Shown: piece by piece, positions 1 through 13,820 of the stretch
Numbering within the stretch: the stretch's first letter is position 1
Layout of the letters: each line of letters opens with the position of its first letter
Source of the DNA: Sminthopsis crassicaudata
Taxonomy: Eukaryota
NCBI RefSeq assembly: GCF_048593235.1
Contig: NC_133622.1
Coordinates: 244,594,055-244,658,054 of the forward strand
Direction: 5' to 3'
Length of the DNA stretch: 64,000 nucleotides
Program-made: the position numbers and the translations under genes
Notes under the pieces: model-generated
Database searches by the model: none
What the model saw: only the letters and a program-made list of their open reading frames with translations
Told to the model about the DNA's origin: nothing

Positions 1-69
1 GAAATGTTTCAATGCCAGTAGCTAGAGTTAGGGAAGAACCTGGAACTTTATACAGATTTGGGAGTCCTG

Positions 70-190
70 CAGCTCCGGGGAGATGGCTCCCTTGGAGATT
101 TCTGGCAGCTTTGCTGCCAATTCATGAAAAAAACAAGCCATTAAATTCTGCTCTGACCATGGGAGAAGAGCCATTTTCTCATGGGCATTT
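70..190 (-). promoter_or_regulatory. Putative OR promoter module (its gene lies left of the window)
   Basis: CTCCCTTGGAG (87-97), ACCATGGGAG and TTCTCATGGG O/E-like sites around CATTAAATT (139-147); homologous to six other modules. Confidence 0.6.
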
Positions 191-1030
191 TGCCATCCTT
201 AGCTTTTTATCAAAGCAAGGAAGTTATGAACTTGGACAAAATCATTGACAAACATTGTTCTCTAGTTTTGCTTCTACCACCTCCTAGCTATGGAACATTG
301 GCCAAGTATCTATATATCTGCACTTCTCAATATTTTAATTCTTAAAATGGGTATAATAATCTCAGATGTGAAAAGAATCAAAAGGTTTTGGTGAAGATCA
401 AATGTGATATTTAACATGAAAATAAATGTGAAGTAGTAAAAAGATCTCCATAAAGTTGGATAGTAAAAATATTCCAAACAGTGTTTAAAGATTGATTAGG
501 TTCTTGTAAAACTTCATGCAAGATCTTGGATATCTTGGATAAAGCTGCATGCTCTAATTCCCAGGATTATTGTGAAAATAGTAATTTGCAAATTATAGAG
601 GCTATTCTTATCATGAATAATATTGCTTTTCTTTTTAAAAAATGAATATTTAGAGCTCCCAATTAACATGTCTCCTAAAAATTCATCTTATCCCGTCTCA
701 TTCTGCTTTATATCTCTGGTCCTTGAGAAACCATGCCCTAAATATTCTAGCTAATTATTAACTCAGAGGAATACTTTAATACTCATTCGTCATGGTTTAA
801 CCTTTTGACAAATTCACTCCTACTATTTATGAGTATAAGATGCAAAGAAAAACATTAAGGAGCACAGTGGTAGGTTTAGAATTTATTGAATGCTTTGCCC
901 CAAAAAAGGTTTAATAATGTTTCATTGTCAACTTGTCAATTCCTATCCTAATACTCCACACTGAAAAATATTTTTGTATTTATATTTTTATATTTTATAT
1001 ATAATTTATATTAACATATTAAATAATATA

Positions 1031-1422
1031 TGTTGTAGTGTCCTGTCGTCTCTCAATTGTAATCCTTCTCTGGGAGGAGGTTTCTTTTCTGTTAATCCTT
1101 TTCTCTGTGAGCAGGTTTCTTGGGAAGCTTCTGGAGCCTCCAGCCAGAGCAAAGGTAGAATCTTGAATCCTCCTCTTCCTGAATCCTGGCTCTGAATCTC
1201 CTTGAGCTTCCCTGAAGTTCCCTTGGGAAGTCTTGTCCTTCCGTAAGCCAGACTGCTCTCCAGGCTCAATGTTGCCTCTTTTTATCCTCCCAGAGAATGG
1301 GCTTGTGGGTACTCCCAGGGGCTTGTGGGAATTACAACCAATGAACCTGCTACTTTTAAAGGTGTGAATTCTGAGCTAGAGAATTGTTAACTATCAACTT
1401 AGCACTTAGTAAGAACCTAACA
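1031..1422 (-). mobile_element. Solo LTR (~390 bp)
   Basis: Starts TGTTAGGTTCTTACTAAG and ends ACTACAACA on the minus strand (TG...CA); GC-richer than the flanks; sits in a TA-rich tract. Confidence 0.75.
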
Positions 1423-3044
1423 TATATTATATTAAATATAATATATATCATATATAATACAATTTTTATATTTTATGTTAACTTCCATGAGTATATGTAG
1501 ATTTGCCCAATAAAATTGTGTTCTTAATGGACACATTATATTAATTAAATTTTAGTATCCCCAGAGCTTGCACCAAGCCTGGTGAGTTTGATGTGATATT
1601 TTCATATACACCCAAATTGTTGTGTACATGATTATGACAGTTTCAAATTGATGCAGAACAAGACTAAAATGCCTCAAACATATATATGCTTGTGGTCACA
1701 GATGACAAAGAGATCTGTAACACAATTGAGTAATTATTTACTATTTAACAGCACCAATAAAATTTAGTGAGCTCTAATTTTTTGGATTATCATTTTGAGC
1801 CCAAGAGACTTTGTGAATCCCTAAATAGGAAACAGTGTACTAAATCATTTTACCTCTAATCTTTGGAACTCTTCTGGCTCCTAGTCCAGTATTTCACAAA
1901 ATAGGTGCTTCTTAGATATGTGTTTAATTTCTTGAAAAAACATGAATGGAAGCTCCATTCTAACCTAAATATCCCACGTTTGGATAGTAGTGATAGCTCC
2001 AGAATGTACATTCTTCAAACTGTTTAGATTGTCCCCTTAGAACAATGCCTGTGATTTTCCTATAAGGAAAAGCCTATTATGTTTATTCATGGGAATTGTG
2101 TGACCTGGTATATATTCTGTACTGGCAACTATAAAAATATTAATGAACAAATGAATGAAGAAAGAACATTTATCACATGCAAAATATGGTGCCAAGTTCT
2201 TGGAATACATATTAAAAACATAACCCCTGCTCTCAGGGTTTACATTTTAATCAACGACATGACATACAGAGGTCATTTTACATGTAAATATCATGTAAAG
2301 GATGTTTTCTTTAGAAAACATTTTCCCATGTGGAAGCACATCTTCTCCACAGGAGTTAGGCTCTGGATAATAGCTGTAAAATATTATTATAATTAAGTAT
2401 TTCTTAAATTATTTTTGGTATAGCAGTAGCAGTAGGAAGTTTCAGAACAGAAAATGGCAACGATGGATTTGGACTGGAGTAGAAACATTGTGTAGGTACA
2501 TACAGAGACTACCTTCTGTACATCAGGGGAGCTAAGCAAGTCTGTTTTGAAATCCCAGGAACATGCATCCTTATCTACATCCATGTCAATTTCTTCTCTG
2601 CCATTGCTTCTACTTCTGCTGTTGCCCTAACCTAATAAATACTTTCACATGAAAATGCATATGGCTTTTCAATAATAGTATTTTAATGCTTCCAGTTACA
2701 TGTAAAGACAACTTTAAACATAATTTTATTTCATTTTCATTTAGTAAGCCATGAATTTAGTGCCATGAATTGTGCTAAATGCTAGGGATGTAAATAGAGT
2801 CCAAACAATTCTGGACCTCTGTAATTTACTTCTTTTTTTCCCCAGGGAAAATCTCTTTCATCTGAAGTTCCAATGTCCACTTAAGCCTTTTAAAGTGAGA
2901 TAATTAACTTGTATACATAGTTCTTTTTTTCATTTCTGCTACATATGTTTTTATAAATATAAACATATTTATGTGTTAATTGTGTTCCTGTTTTGTTATC
3001 TCTGCATATATATTGTTAATGTAATTTACTTCTAACGAATATAA

Positions 3045-3360
3045 CTTTTTTTAAAAAAACTTTTTTATTCTCAAAACATATCCATAGATAGTTTTCAACA
3101 TTCACACTTGTGTTCAACAATTTTCTCCCTCCCTTCCCCCTACCTCTCCTAGATTTCAAGTAATCCAATATGTGTTTAACATTATTCTAAAAATAAAAAT
3201 AATTTGAGTTCCACATTTTTCCTTCTCTCCATTACTTAAAAGGTGGAATTTTAAATAGGTTTTGTGTGTACAGTCATGTAAAACATATTTCCATATTAAT
3301 CATATTCTGAAAAAAAAAACAGAACAAAAGGAAAAAAAAACATGAAAATAGCAAATTGTT
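3045..3360 (-). mobile_element. L1 3'UTR fragments (two adjacent pieces)
   Basis: T-rich end followed by TTTTCTCCCTCCCTTCCCCC, resembling the L1 3'UTR at 14279-14450. Confidence 0.55.
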
Positions 3361-3609
3361 TCACTCTATTGTGTGTTCTGTGGCTCCAGAATTTGTTTTG
3401 AGTCAGGATTTAAAGTTCTTTTAGGGGAAACTGGAAAGAGCTCAGGAAACTCCTTGGGTTTTCTTCACCACCTTGCCACTTCAGCCTTCCATTTATATCA
3501 CAACAATCATCTCTGAAAAATCAATGGCTAACTCTATTATTTTACTCATTCCACTATGACCTCTCAGAAATAAGGCACCAGCCATTTTCTCCCCCTACAA
3601 TTATACTGA

Positions 3610-3850
3610 CATAGCAGTCATGATTTTGAAGCACTTTACATATATCCTTTACATATATCACCTCGTTGGGTCCTAATAACAACCATATAGGAGAGGCTAT
3701 TATTGTTGCCATTTTACAGATTAAAAAATTGAGGCTGGGAGGGGTTAAATGACTTGGCCAGGTCACAGAGTTAATTAATGACTATTGCAGCATTGAAACT
3801 CAGATCTCCTTGACTTCAATTCCAGATGTCTATCCAGTTTATGAATGAAC
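3610..3850 (-). mobile_element. MIR/MAR1-type SINE, decayed
   Basis: CCATTTTACAGATTAAAAAATTGAGGC...GTTAAATGACTTGGCCAGGTCACA core; paralog at 19490-19700. Confidence 0.7.
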
Positions 3851-4787
3851 TGCTTAATGAATCATAAACTCTTTGAAAGTAGGAACTGTCTTGCTTTTTG
3901 TATTTGTTTTTCCTATTGCTAAGCATAGTGCTTGGCATGTAAAAATACTTTTTATTATTTTTTTCTTTCTTCATTCATCTTATATGAAGAAGTGTATTAA
4001 AAGATTGGGAAATCAAAAAACAAAAATCATAGACTCTGCCCTTTATGAAGGATAAAGATAAACACTAAGAAATAAGTTGACTTCATTAGATTATGCAGAA
4101 AGATAGTAATATTTTAAAATATACATGAATATCTCTAATCATTTCACATTTCATTGCAAACTTTTTGAGACAATGGGTCAAGTGCTTCTTTGCAATCCAT
4201 ATTCATAATGTTGTGTGAGGATTCAAAGAAATGAAACATAACATACAAGTTTTCTATGTCCCAATAAGGCCTCAGGTATCTAAAAGCAGTATTATTATAT
4301 AAATATATGGCCAGGAGCACCAAAGGTCTAGGGGTAAATCTTGAAAGGAATAGAATGAAGAAACCATAGAATCTTGGAGTCAGAGAGCTCCCAGTGGTCG
4401 TCAAATCTAATCTATGTCTGAAAAATCACACCTAATACATGAATGCCCCACTTAAAGACCAACAGTGAAGGAGAATTCTCTGCCAGTTTTGAATAGAATC
4501 ATTTTTTTTGGTATTTATTTTCTTGCATTGAGCCAAGGTTTGCCTTTGAGCATTCCAGTGATGATTCCTTATTCCATCTTTTAGGACCAAGCTAATATTT
4601 CTAATCATTCTTCTACAAGATATTGCTTTAACTACTCCACCACGCACATTGGAATTTTCATTCTCCAAGATGAATGTACTCAATTAAATTTTTTTTTTCT
4701 CATATTAAATAGCATTCAGTAAACATTCTCTGTCCAAAATGTGCCTCCAAAAACTGAAAGGCCAGGAACCACCAGGAAAGGCCGGAA

Positions 4788-4863
4788 CTAGAGAATTGTT
4801 AAGTACCGACTTGTAAGAACCTAATATCTCATTATCTCATTAGCACTTAGTAAGAACCTAACA
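4788..4863 (-). mobile_element. Terminal fragment of the same LTR family as 1031-1422
   Basis: CTAGAGAATTGTTAA...TAGCACTTAGTAAGAACCTAACA matches 1377-1422, with an internal rearranged insert. Confidence 0.7.
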
Positions 4864-5749
4864 AAAAACTGAATAAAATGCTTAGATGTACTCTGAAAAA
4901 AATAACAATGTTATCACCTACCTCATTTGGGGCAGAAGAATTATCATTGTGGTCATGTATAGCATTAACATTTCTGCTTCCAGGTCTTACTATTGATTGT
5001 TATGGTGTTTGTAGTCCAATAATACCAACTGAACTTTTCGAGATGAACTTCTTCTTAATAATAATAACATTATGGGAGTTGAGTTGGGTCCAAAATAATT
5101 CAAATCCCAAAGGGAGAAGTGTAGAGTTAAAGGGAGGGGAGAAACACCAGACACATACCAAAGTGCTTTATATCCCTGGGGTCATAAGACCCAGTTTACT
5201 TCTAGAAAAAAGAGCTGCAAAAAGATAATGGTTTCTTTATCTTTTATTAGTTATTTTTTTACTGTCACAGTAAAAACTCCAATAAAGAGAAAATGAGGCA
5301 TAAAAGTTCAAGCACCATAAATTTGTTACCAAGGCCAGCAATTGTCAATAAAAAGGATGCAAGAATCTCCTTTAGTAAAGGATTCATCTAACACTCAGAG
5401 AAGCTCTTTTATTCAGTTGGTTATATAGGGTGCTAGAAACATTCCAGTAATACAAATTAAACTGACTGATTAGTCAGATAAAGATTAATGATAGGCTTTG
5501 CTTGGATTACCTGAAAGCAGAAATATCTTTAACTCAGACAACAGAAAAAATACATAAGTAACTAACATCCTCTGGAAAGTCTTGTGATTGGCAAGCATCT
5601 TAAGACTAACCCACTTTCAAGGTCAGTAAATGTTCACAGAGGTAAGGCTTTGTGCATGCATACAAACATGGTCACAGAAATAGGGAAATTAAAAATTTAC
5701 AAATTTTATAAATTTGGGCTATACCATTAAGTCTATATTTATCTTTCAT

Positions 5750-5812
5750 ATATTTATTTATTTTATTAATTTTATGATTATAACATTTTTTGACAGTACA
5801 TATGCATAGGTC
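5750..5812 (-). mobile_element. Very short 5'-truncated L1 3' end
   Basis: Reverse complement matches the 3' terminus of the L1 at ~44020-44075 (ATGCAT.TGTACTGTCAAAAAATGTTATAAT). Confidence 0.7.
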
Positions 5813-6279
5813 ATATATTTATTCAAGTGATTAGATACCATTCTCAAACAATACTTTATAAATAATATGGAATAAAGATGAGTATCCATTTTCAATTTCA
5901 TTTTATTCTCAAAAAGAATTGTTCCTGGAAAATTAACTTCTTTGCTAATAGTATAGTATATTCCTAATTTTCTCCTATTATAATAAATTTAGTTCTTATA
6001 ATTCAAGTTATTAAATACCAAAGAGACTTTATTTTATCCCAAAGAAAAACTAAAAGATGCTTAAAAATTCTCACAAAATCTCCTGTTCAGATACACAAAC
6101 ACATAAAGCACCCAAAAATCTATTAGTTAGAACTCAATTGATATTGAGGTTGGTATCAGATTATTACACTGTTTCCTATAGTGAAGTATAACTCTCCTAT
6201 AGTATCAAAGTTCTTTCCAAGGCCTGTGGAAGTACCATAGAGTTTGTATTCTTTCCTAAAGACAGCCATAATGCAATAT

Positions 6280-6510
6280 TGTGCTAAAGCCAACTCTCAG
6301 GGGCTCACAAGAGATTACTGAGTTGTGAATGAGAACATTTTCATCATACAAATAAATTCTACACATTAGGACTTAATTTATGGTTTTATTTATGATCTGG
6401 CCTTTAAGAAGTGATGGAGAAAATAACTGAGGATTAAATTTTCAAATATGTCATGAATTCCTTTTCTCCTCAGGGAACTTGTGCTTAAATATTTAACAGC
6501 ACACCTCCCA
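6280..6510. mobile_element. Decayed non-autonomous hAT (Tip100-like) DNA transposon
   Basis: Ends TGTGCTAAAGCC... and ...AAATATTTAACAGCACAC with internal TTAAGAAGTGATGGAGAAAAT; paralog at 22220-22450. Family assignment is from memory. Confidence 0.45.
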
Positions 6511-6914
6511 GTTAGAGGATGATAAATCATCAATACCATTAATATCAAAGCTATGGATTTCAGCCAACTCGATGGATTTGCTCTTCATGTACTCAGCTGT
6601 TCAATAATGAAGGACTTGGTCTTTTCTAGAATAACAGCTAGAATCTGAACATTTGTTATTCATTCCACATAACGATGATAAAATAGGGGGTAGAGGCTCT
6701 GTAAGCATGAGGAAACAGGCTAAGATTTGGGGTGTCTTTTCTAAGATAATACGACATGAATGTATCTGAGACAGAATTGAAATTCACAATTTCCTATATC
6801 CACATCCATGACACTTTCCACTATATGATGCTGCTTCTGAAAAGACTTGAATTAACCCTCTATGAGCATAAGAAAAGTATTCTGATTTAGGGACTGTATC
6901 ACAGTGTAAGGAAG

Positions 6915-7871
6915 TTACAGATTGGATTTTTCTAAGAAAAATGATGATCTGCTCACAGCTTTCTTGAAAGCACTCTTGACATCTTTGTTCCTGAGACTAT
7001 AGATCAGAGGATTCAGTGTGGGGATGATCATAGTATAGAATACAGATGCCACTTTATCTGAATCCATTGAATGGCTTGAGCTGGGTTGGAAGTACATGAA
7101 CATAATTGTCCCATAAAATATCGATACTGCTGTAAGATGGGAAGCACAGGTGGAGAAGGCTTTCTGACGACCTTCAGCAGATTGGATCCTCAGGATGGTG
7201 ATGAAGATGAACATATAGGAAGACAATATAATCATAAGAGGAAAAAATGCTGTGAATATTCCAGAAATAAATATTACCATCTCAATGTTCTGAATATCAG
7301 AGCAGGTTATAACTAGAAGAGGGGGAACATCGCAGAAAAAATGATGGACCACATTAGATCTACAGAAGGAAAGACTAAAGATGTTTCCTAGGATTATGGA
7401 GGAATTCAGAAAGCCACAAATGTGAGCACCACTCGTCAGAAAAACACATACTGCTGAAGTCATGGTAGTGGTATATTTTAGGGGCTTACATACAGCTGCA
7501 TGACGATCATAAGCCATGGAGGCTAAAAGAAAGCTTTCAGTAGAAGCAAAGGCTCCAAAGAAGAATAATTGTGCTGCACATCCATTATAGGAGATGACCT
7601 TGTGGCCTGTAAGGAACCCAGCTATAACTTTAGGAGTAACAGCTGAGGAATAGCCAAAATCCACCAGGGAGAGGTTACTGAGGAAGAAGTACATGGGAGT
7701 GTGGAGGCGAGAATCCCAGGAGATCAGAACTATTATCCCCAGGTTCCCCACCAAGGTGATGAGGTAGATGAGAGTAAACATGATGAAGAGAGGAATTTGA
7801 AGCTCTGGGACATCTGTTAATCCTGTAAGGATAAACTCATTCACTTCAGATCTGTTTTCCATAGATGTCAT
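6915..7871 (-). CDS. OR5B: Olfactory receptor, OR5B subfamily (copy 1), 318 aa
   Basis: Intact ORF with N-terminal sequon NRS, GN in TM1, [41 protein letters not shown] and [12 protein letters not shown]. The C-tail is frameshifted past the ancestral stop. Confidence 0.96.
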   Translation of the reverse strand: MTSMENRSEVNEFILTGLTDVPELQIPLFIMFTLIYLITLVGNLGIIVLISWDSRLHTPMYFFLSNLSLVDFGYSSAVTPKVIAGFLTGHKVISYNGCAAQLFFFGAFASTESFLLASMAYDRHAAVCKPLKYTTTMTSAVCVFLTSGAHICGFLNSSIILGNIFSLSFCRSNVVHHFFCDVPPLLVITCSDIQNIEMVIFISGIFTAFFPLMIILSSYMFIFITILRIQSAEGRQKAFSTCASHLTAVSIFYGTIMFMYFQPSSSHSMDSDKVASVFYTMIIPTLNPLIYSLRNKDVKSAFKKAVSRSSFFLEKSNL

Positions 7872-7905
7872 TTGAGTGTGATGTCATTTAGCTGCAATAA
7901 AAGAG
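7846..7905 (-). other. Coding-exon splice acceptor plus overlapping 13-codon uORF (copy 1)
   Basis: ctcttttattgcAG|ctaaATG, with AG at 7893-7892; uORF 7887-7846. Confidence 0.7.
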
Positions 7906-8107
7906 TTAACTATGAGCATAAGCCACTCTGCATGATGAATGACTCCAATATAGAAAGTAAAATAAAAGATAATCTTTGGTTAGGGGTAGAAGGGACCCAA
8001 AGCCTAATAACAATTGTCACTGCAATTACTTTAGGACTCTAAAATTCCTTGATCCAGTTTGTCACAGAGAGAGTGCCTTAATTCTCATTATTATCTTAAC
8101 AGTCTTT

Positions 8108-8256
8108 ATTTTTTTATTATAGCTTTTTATTTACCAGATGTATGCATGGATAATTTTACAGCATTGACAATTGCCAAACCTTTCGTTCCAATTTTTCCCC
8201 TCCTTCTCCCCACCCTCCTCCCCCAGATTGCAGGTTAACCAATACATGTTACATAT
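8108..8256 (-). mobile_element. 5'-truncated L1 3'UTR insertion with TSD
   Basis: TSD TTAACAGTCTTT (8096-8107) / TTAACAATCTTT (8257-8268); resembles 14279-14430. Confidence 0.75.
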
Positions 8257-10649
8257 TTAACAATCTTTTAAGTATTATTTCCCACTCTAGGGAAAAAAAT
8301 CCCTTCTTATCTGACAAAAATCAGCATAAGGATGGAGTCGTTTCTTAGGATTGAAGAACTAGATCTTTTCTTATGAATATCCTTCACACTGATAAATAGA
8401 GGAAAGAGGAAGAGGAGAGGAGTAAAATAAGACAAAAGACAAAAAAAAAAGAAGCGAAAAGGATCAAAGAAAGTTGGCTGAGATTTCACTGGAATACTGC
8501 TTAACTTAAGATTTCATTGTGTCTGTAAGATCTGTTGTACAGACTGAAGTCAAAACTTCCTGAGAAAGAAAGAGTTGACAGTTAACAGAAGTTCTATAGT
8601 TGTGGGAGCTGTCTGTCAAAAATGTTATTGGTGAATCATATACCAATAGGTATGATTTTAAAATCTGTTGCCTTCATACAACCTGTCCCCTTTTCAATCC
8701 TCCACCACTACTATAGTGGAAACAGAAGCCATACCCGGGATGTTTTGTTCTTTTATTCACTCTATGGTTTTCTGGGTCCCAGAGATATCACCGATCTTTA
8801 ATTTAGCCTCCTTCAAGTTTGAGCTAAAATACTATCTACAAGAAGTCTTTGCTCATGTGTATCAATTCTAGTGCCTTTCCTCTTTTGATTAACTACAATT
8901 TATTCTGGATATTTATTGTTTGTATAGTAATTTACATCTTGTCCAGAAATTATGGGTTCTTTGAGGACAGGGATTATATTTTACCATTCTTTGTATTCTC
9001 AGTGCTTAGCATAGTGGAGATCCCATAGTAGGCACTTCATAAATGTTTATCAGCTCATTTATTTAAATGGTAACCCTTCCTTTATGAATAAAATTAAGTT
9101 GACCTTTGGGCATCAGGCAAATAGTCCATTCCCAGACTTCACCATAGATCTTTATGGCTTGGAAGGACCTACCACAGTTATGCTTCACTAATTTGGAGTA
9201 CTTAGCTTCATCTTTACCACCATTGACAGTAGAAGAAAATTTCATATGAATTAGTTGCTTCATGTTTTTTATAACATGATATATATATTTTAAAAAATCA
9301 CAGCAGAGTCAGAGAATCTTAGGTAAATCCAATCTGAGCAATAATTACCTCTGTCAAAATGTAAGATTGAGAAAAGAAAATAACTTTTTAAGGAGGAAGT
9401 ATGAAAGATAAACGTTATATAAATCTAGTGGCTTAGTAGGATTCCCAAACAATTGTGCCTAAAAAGCAAGAATCTCTCAAATGGAAAACAAGTCTGATCA
9501 CCAACTTGACATTTAGACCCTAGGGATGGGACTCGTAAGTGAAATATGATTGATTTTAGAAAGGTTTCTCCCTTCCTGAATGAAAAGAGGTAAGAACCAG
9601 AGTGAGGAAATATGGTGGAAAATATTCATAGGGTTATCAGCATACTAGAATATAGAGTTGATATACAGTAATTATATTGGAAGAAGAAATAGACCAGCAA
9701 TTTGTTAACCATAAATTTGGTATGAAGAACTGATTTATTAATGATGGAGGACTTTAATTATCTTCTAGATTGTTTTCTCTTGTTTTGTCTATCTTTCTGT
9801 TTGTGTATTTTTGTGTCTTTCTATTTTCATCTATAAAAATGCCCTGCTTATTCTGTCTCATCAAAGAACAGTTCTTGATTTCCTGAATGAAAATGTATAT
9901 TTGTCCATCAAAAGTTTAAATGAAAGAACCAACATGAAGAAATACTGTTCTGAATTTGATTCTCATAAAGAATGGGGAACTGATAAGTATGCTCAAAATA
10001 AATATGAATGTTACAGGAGTTGGAGGAAAATAAGTGACTGATTTTAAAGTCTGAGATAGATTTAAAAAAGAGAGACTACCAACTGTCAGATATGAACCTT
10101 AGATTTAGGATGAATCAATTCTAGACATTACAAAGGAAGTATAAAGTAGCATCTTATGGTCTAATTCAAAACTTAAAATACAAAAAGATATCAGGAACAC
10201 AATTGTAATGATAAAAGATAAAAATTGTCAGTTATATAGACCTATTTGTAAAATATAAACTACAGCAAAGTAAAAAGGAGAGATAATAAAGGACAAAATG
10301 CAAAAGCAAAACATATCTTATAGTAAGAGATTTAGAGGACTGCCAGAGCTCAGGATGAACTGAGGGAAGCATAAAAAGCTAAAGAGTATTAGGTATTGGA
10401 TATGTTTTTGAAAAATTGTTTATTTGGGAATAAAAAGATAATCAAATAAGGAATTGTATCAATGCTCAAAGTTGATGAGACAAGTACAATGAATGATAAG
10501 GAAAGGCAGAAGTAATTAAGTTATATTTTGGTTCTATTTTCTGTGACTAAAAGAATGATTTTTGGATTGAGAAATAAACAACTATGTTTTATAGGAAATT
10601 GACATCAGATAATAAGCATTAGCACTTATATGTGCAAATGAAAGGGAAG

Positions 10650-10945
10650 AAGCATTTATATAGCATTTATTAGGTGCCATTAATTGTGTTAAGCAAGCCC
10701 TTTATTAATATTATCTCATTTGATTTTCACTACAACCTTATAATATATGTGTATTAATTATCCCCATTTTTGGCAAGGCTAGCGGGGTTAAGTGATTACA
10801 CACAACTAGTAAATTATTCCCATTTTAAAGTTGAGGGAACTGAGGCAAACAGAGCTGACATGACTTGCTCAGGATTACATCATAAAAATCCAAAGCTAGA
10901 TTGGAACTCAGGACTTACTGGCTCTAGTACTCTGTTCACTGTACC
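10650..10945 (-). mobile_element. MIR/MAR1-type SINE(s), decayed
   Basis: ATCTCATTTGATTTTCACTACAACC, CCCATTTT...GAACTGAGGCAAACAGAG and GACTTGCTCAGG. Confidence 0.65.
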
Positions 10946-11199
10946 AGAGGTGTCTCTTCAAAGTTTACAAAGTCTTTAAATATATTTGATTATTTGGTTT
11001 CTACAGCAAGTTTCTGATGTACAAGATAAATAAGAAAACTAATTTGATTTTATATTATGTAAAGAGACACAGTATCTATGCATACAGTGATGGACCACTA
11101 TATTCTATATTTGGAGCAACTTATTCAGTTGTTACTTATGCTCTTTAAGAAAGAAATAGATTAGAGGTTTTTCAGAGGAGTTTAGCTACAGTGGAGAAG

Positions 11200-11530
11200 G
11201 CCTTTGAAATCTTGCCATATTGATATTGGTGGAAGGAACTGAGGGTATTTGGCATAGAGAAAATAAAAGATGGGAGTCACAACTAGTGTTGGGATTAAAG
11301 TTATCTTTAAATATCTGAAAAACTGTCAGAAGGAGGAAGGATTTGACTTGTTTTATTTGTATCCAAAGAGAAGAACTAGGGCTAAGTGCAGAAGTTAAAA
11401 ACAAATTTCAGTTTTATACAAAGAACACATTTCCAAAACATTGTTATTCAGAAGTGGAAGGGCTGCCTTCACATGTATTGAATTTACTCTTTTTTAAAAG
11501 ACTTGATAGAAGTGCTAATTGACCACTTGT
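11200..11530 (+). mobile_element. L3/CR1 LINE 3' fragment
   Basis: GGAACTGAGGGTATTTGGCATAGAGAA...TTTAAATATCTGAA...GACTTGTT...AGAACTAGG...AAGTGGAAGGGCTGCC...GACCACTTG follows the L3 3' pattern. Confidence 0.65.
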
Positions 11531-12539
11531 TAAATATATATCATGTGTGTATGTATGTGCGATATATACATATGTATATATGTACATAAAAGTGTGTGTT
11601 TATTTGTTATTTTAATGGCTAACACTGTTTCTACTACCTGTAATCTTTCATGAATCCCTTAAGATCTTTTATTCCTAGGATACTATGGACCAGTATTTCA
11701 TCATCAATAAAGAAAAGATATTTAAACTAGGTTACTTTTGAGATCCTTTGCAGTTCTAATTAAATGATGCAATGATATTTTTGACCTATGTTATTTTTAA
11801 AGATTTTCATTAGTCTTCATGATACCACAATAAAAGAACGTTTTTTTCTAATGTAGTTTAGTTGGGATTTTTAGGTAAGGACAAATGAGTAATTAAAACT
11901 TTATATCATGGATTATTAGAGAAGTAGAAATAAAATCTATTTTTGCAACTAGCAACAATGAAGATTTTTCCTTTACTATAATAGGAGCTATACAAAATAG
12001 AATACAAAAAACTAACTTAGACTCAATTTTTATAGTAATATTCATCTCATATATGGTAGTCTCAAGCCATTTTGTTATCAAATATGTATAGACACAGTCT
12101 CACTGATATAATCAAGGTTGGTTCCTTTTAAGTGCCCACATCTAGAGAAAACTTTTTTTTGATAATCAGGGCAGAGAAAACACATTTTTTTCTGCTTAGA
12201 AATGTCTAGGTATTGAAAAATAGTATTATTTTCGAAAGAGCACTTGATTGAGACAATGAAGATTTGGATTTTTATGTTGCTTGGATTTGAACTAATTTTC
12301 TCTGTCTTTTCACAAAAGCAATCAATCCTTTGGAGTCCCTTTCTCCTCATTTGAAAAAAATTGGGATTAATAGTTTTTGGGCACAGTGATTACACATAGT
12401 GAATGTAAAGAAAATGTTTGCCAAGAATCAAGTGCTATAGACACAAGAACCACAGGTTATTGGCCTTGTACATGATCAGGGATGAGTGGTATTTTGGGAA
12501 ACAAAGATTTATAAAAAAGAGGAAAGACATACTAAAATA

Positions 12540-12830
12540 ATGCAAGGTAGTAATGAGAGAATGTGGTGTAGTTGAGAGAGCTTTGATCTGAGTCAAAAAG
12601 ATGTGGATTTAAGTCCCACCTCAGATCCTTATTTATTGCATATGCCTAGATAAATCACTTCAGTCACTTAACCTCAAGTTGCTTACCTGCAAATGGAGAA
12701 ACATAATGATGGAATATATGTCACAGAATTCTTGGGAAATTCAAATGAGGAAATTGACATAAAATTCTTTTAAAGAAGGTTTAGCCTTTTAAAAATGTGA
12801 GCAATTATCATTAAGTGCAAGGAACAAATT
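12540..12830 (+). mobile_element. MIR SINE, decayed (homologs at ~46740-46990 and ~57960-58200)
   Basis: GGTGTAGTTGAGAGAGC...AAGTCCCACCTCAGAT...AAATCACTT...ACCTGCAAATGG. Confidence 0.6.
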
Positions 12831-13684
12831 TCATCTATATTTTGTTTTCAACACCTTTTCTCAAGAATATAATGCACTACTATACACACATTAATCAACA
12901 TCACTTAATGAAGTGATCATTAGAACTTTAAAGTTGGCCATCCTCAAACTGCTCCTTCAGTTACTGAATCAAGATGAGCAAGAAATGGTCCAAGCAGAAA
13001 TTAATAACTAGTATTTATAGAACACTTGGATGTTTGACCTCAAAATCCCTACACAATCTTATTTGAGGTCCAAGATAATTCTGTGAGAAAAGCACAACAG
13101 TGTAATCATGCACATTAGACAGAAAGGAAAGGGAAGAAATTAAATGACTTACTCATGGGTAAAGAGTGAGTTAGTGTCTGACCAAGTTTTTATTCAAATC
13201 TTCTTGTCTCCAGGTCTAGTTATGTTTCCTTTATACCATTTTGCAGTCTACATAGGCTCTGTAGTCTTGAACTAGATATTCTATAATTTATGTGGCTTGA
13301 TATGGAGAAAGATGGTTAGGACTCAAAAGGGAGAATTAGCTAAGAACTTTATATTCAAGGTTGGACCTTGAAATCCCAAGCCCAGGAAGCAAGAGATCTT
13401 ATTGAAGAAATTCTTCAGGAACCAGTAAGACAAAGAGTTCAAAGGTTCCAGTGGCAGAGATGTCACTTCTGGCCATGGCTTCTGTGTCATGGAAGGCAGT
13501 GGAATTTGCAACGGGCACCCTATGTTCCATTCACCTCAGCTCTAAGAAATAGAAAAGGAATTCTATTAATAATTGGATGAGTTATAGAATTTGACTCACA
13601 AACTGATTCCTTAGCACTGAGTCTTGTAGTACTGGAAGGTTTCAGTATCAATAGCTGGAGACAGAAAAGAGACTGGGACTTTAT

Positions 13685-13820
13685 GCAGTCCTGGGACCAC
13701 TACTGTTCTTAGGAGATAGTGCTCCCTTTGGAGCTTCTGCAACCAACTCATGAACAAAACAAGTCATTAAATTTGCTCTGATTATGGGGAAATAACTATT
13801 TTCTCATGGGTAATTTGTCA
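13685..13820 (-). promoter_or_regulatory. Putative promoter module of OR copy 1
   Basis: CTCCCTTTGGAG, CATTAAATTT and TTCTCATGGGTAATT; about 5.8 kb upstream of the coding exon. Confidence 0.62.

Larger units (their letters stand above)
1770..7900 (+). repeat. Segmental duplication unit 1 (paralog ~18420-23880)
   Basis: Shared anchors 2160-2580/18790-19250, 3600-3960/19490-19830, 6060-6860/21990-22830, plus the OR CDS. Confidence 0.8.

Noticed and set aside
12-248. Similar short plus-strand ORFs at 12-248 and 59010-59234 (and minus-strand ORFs at 26658 and 47795) as a small-protein family
   Set aside because: The similarity comes from the shared non-coding promoter module. The frame is not preserved in the other copies, and there is no splice or codon support.
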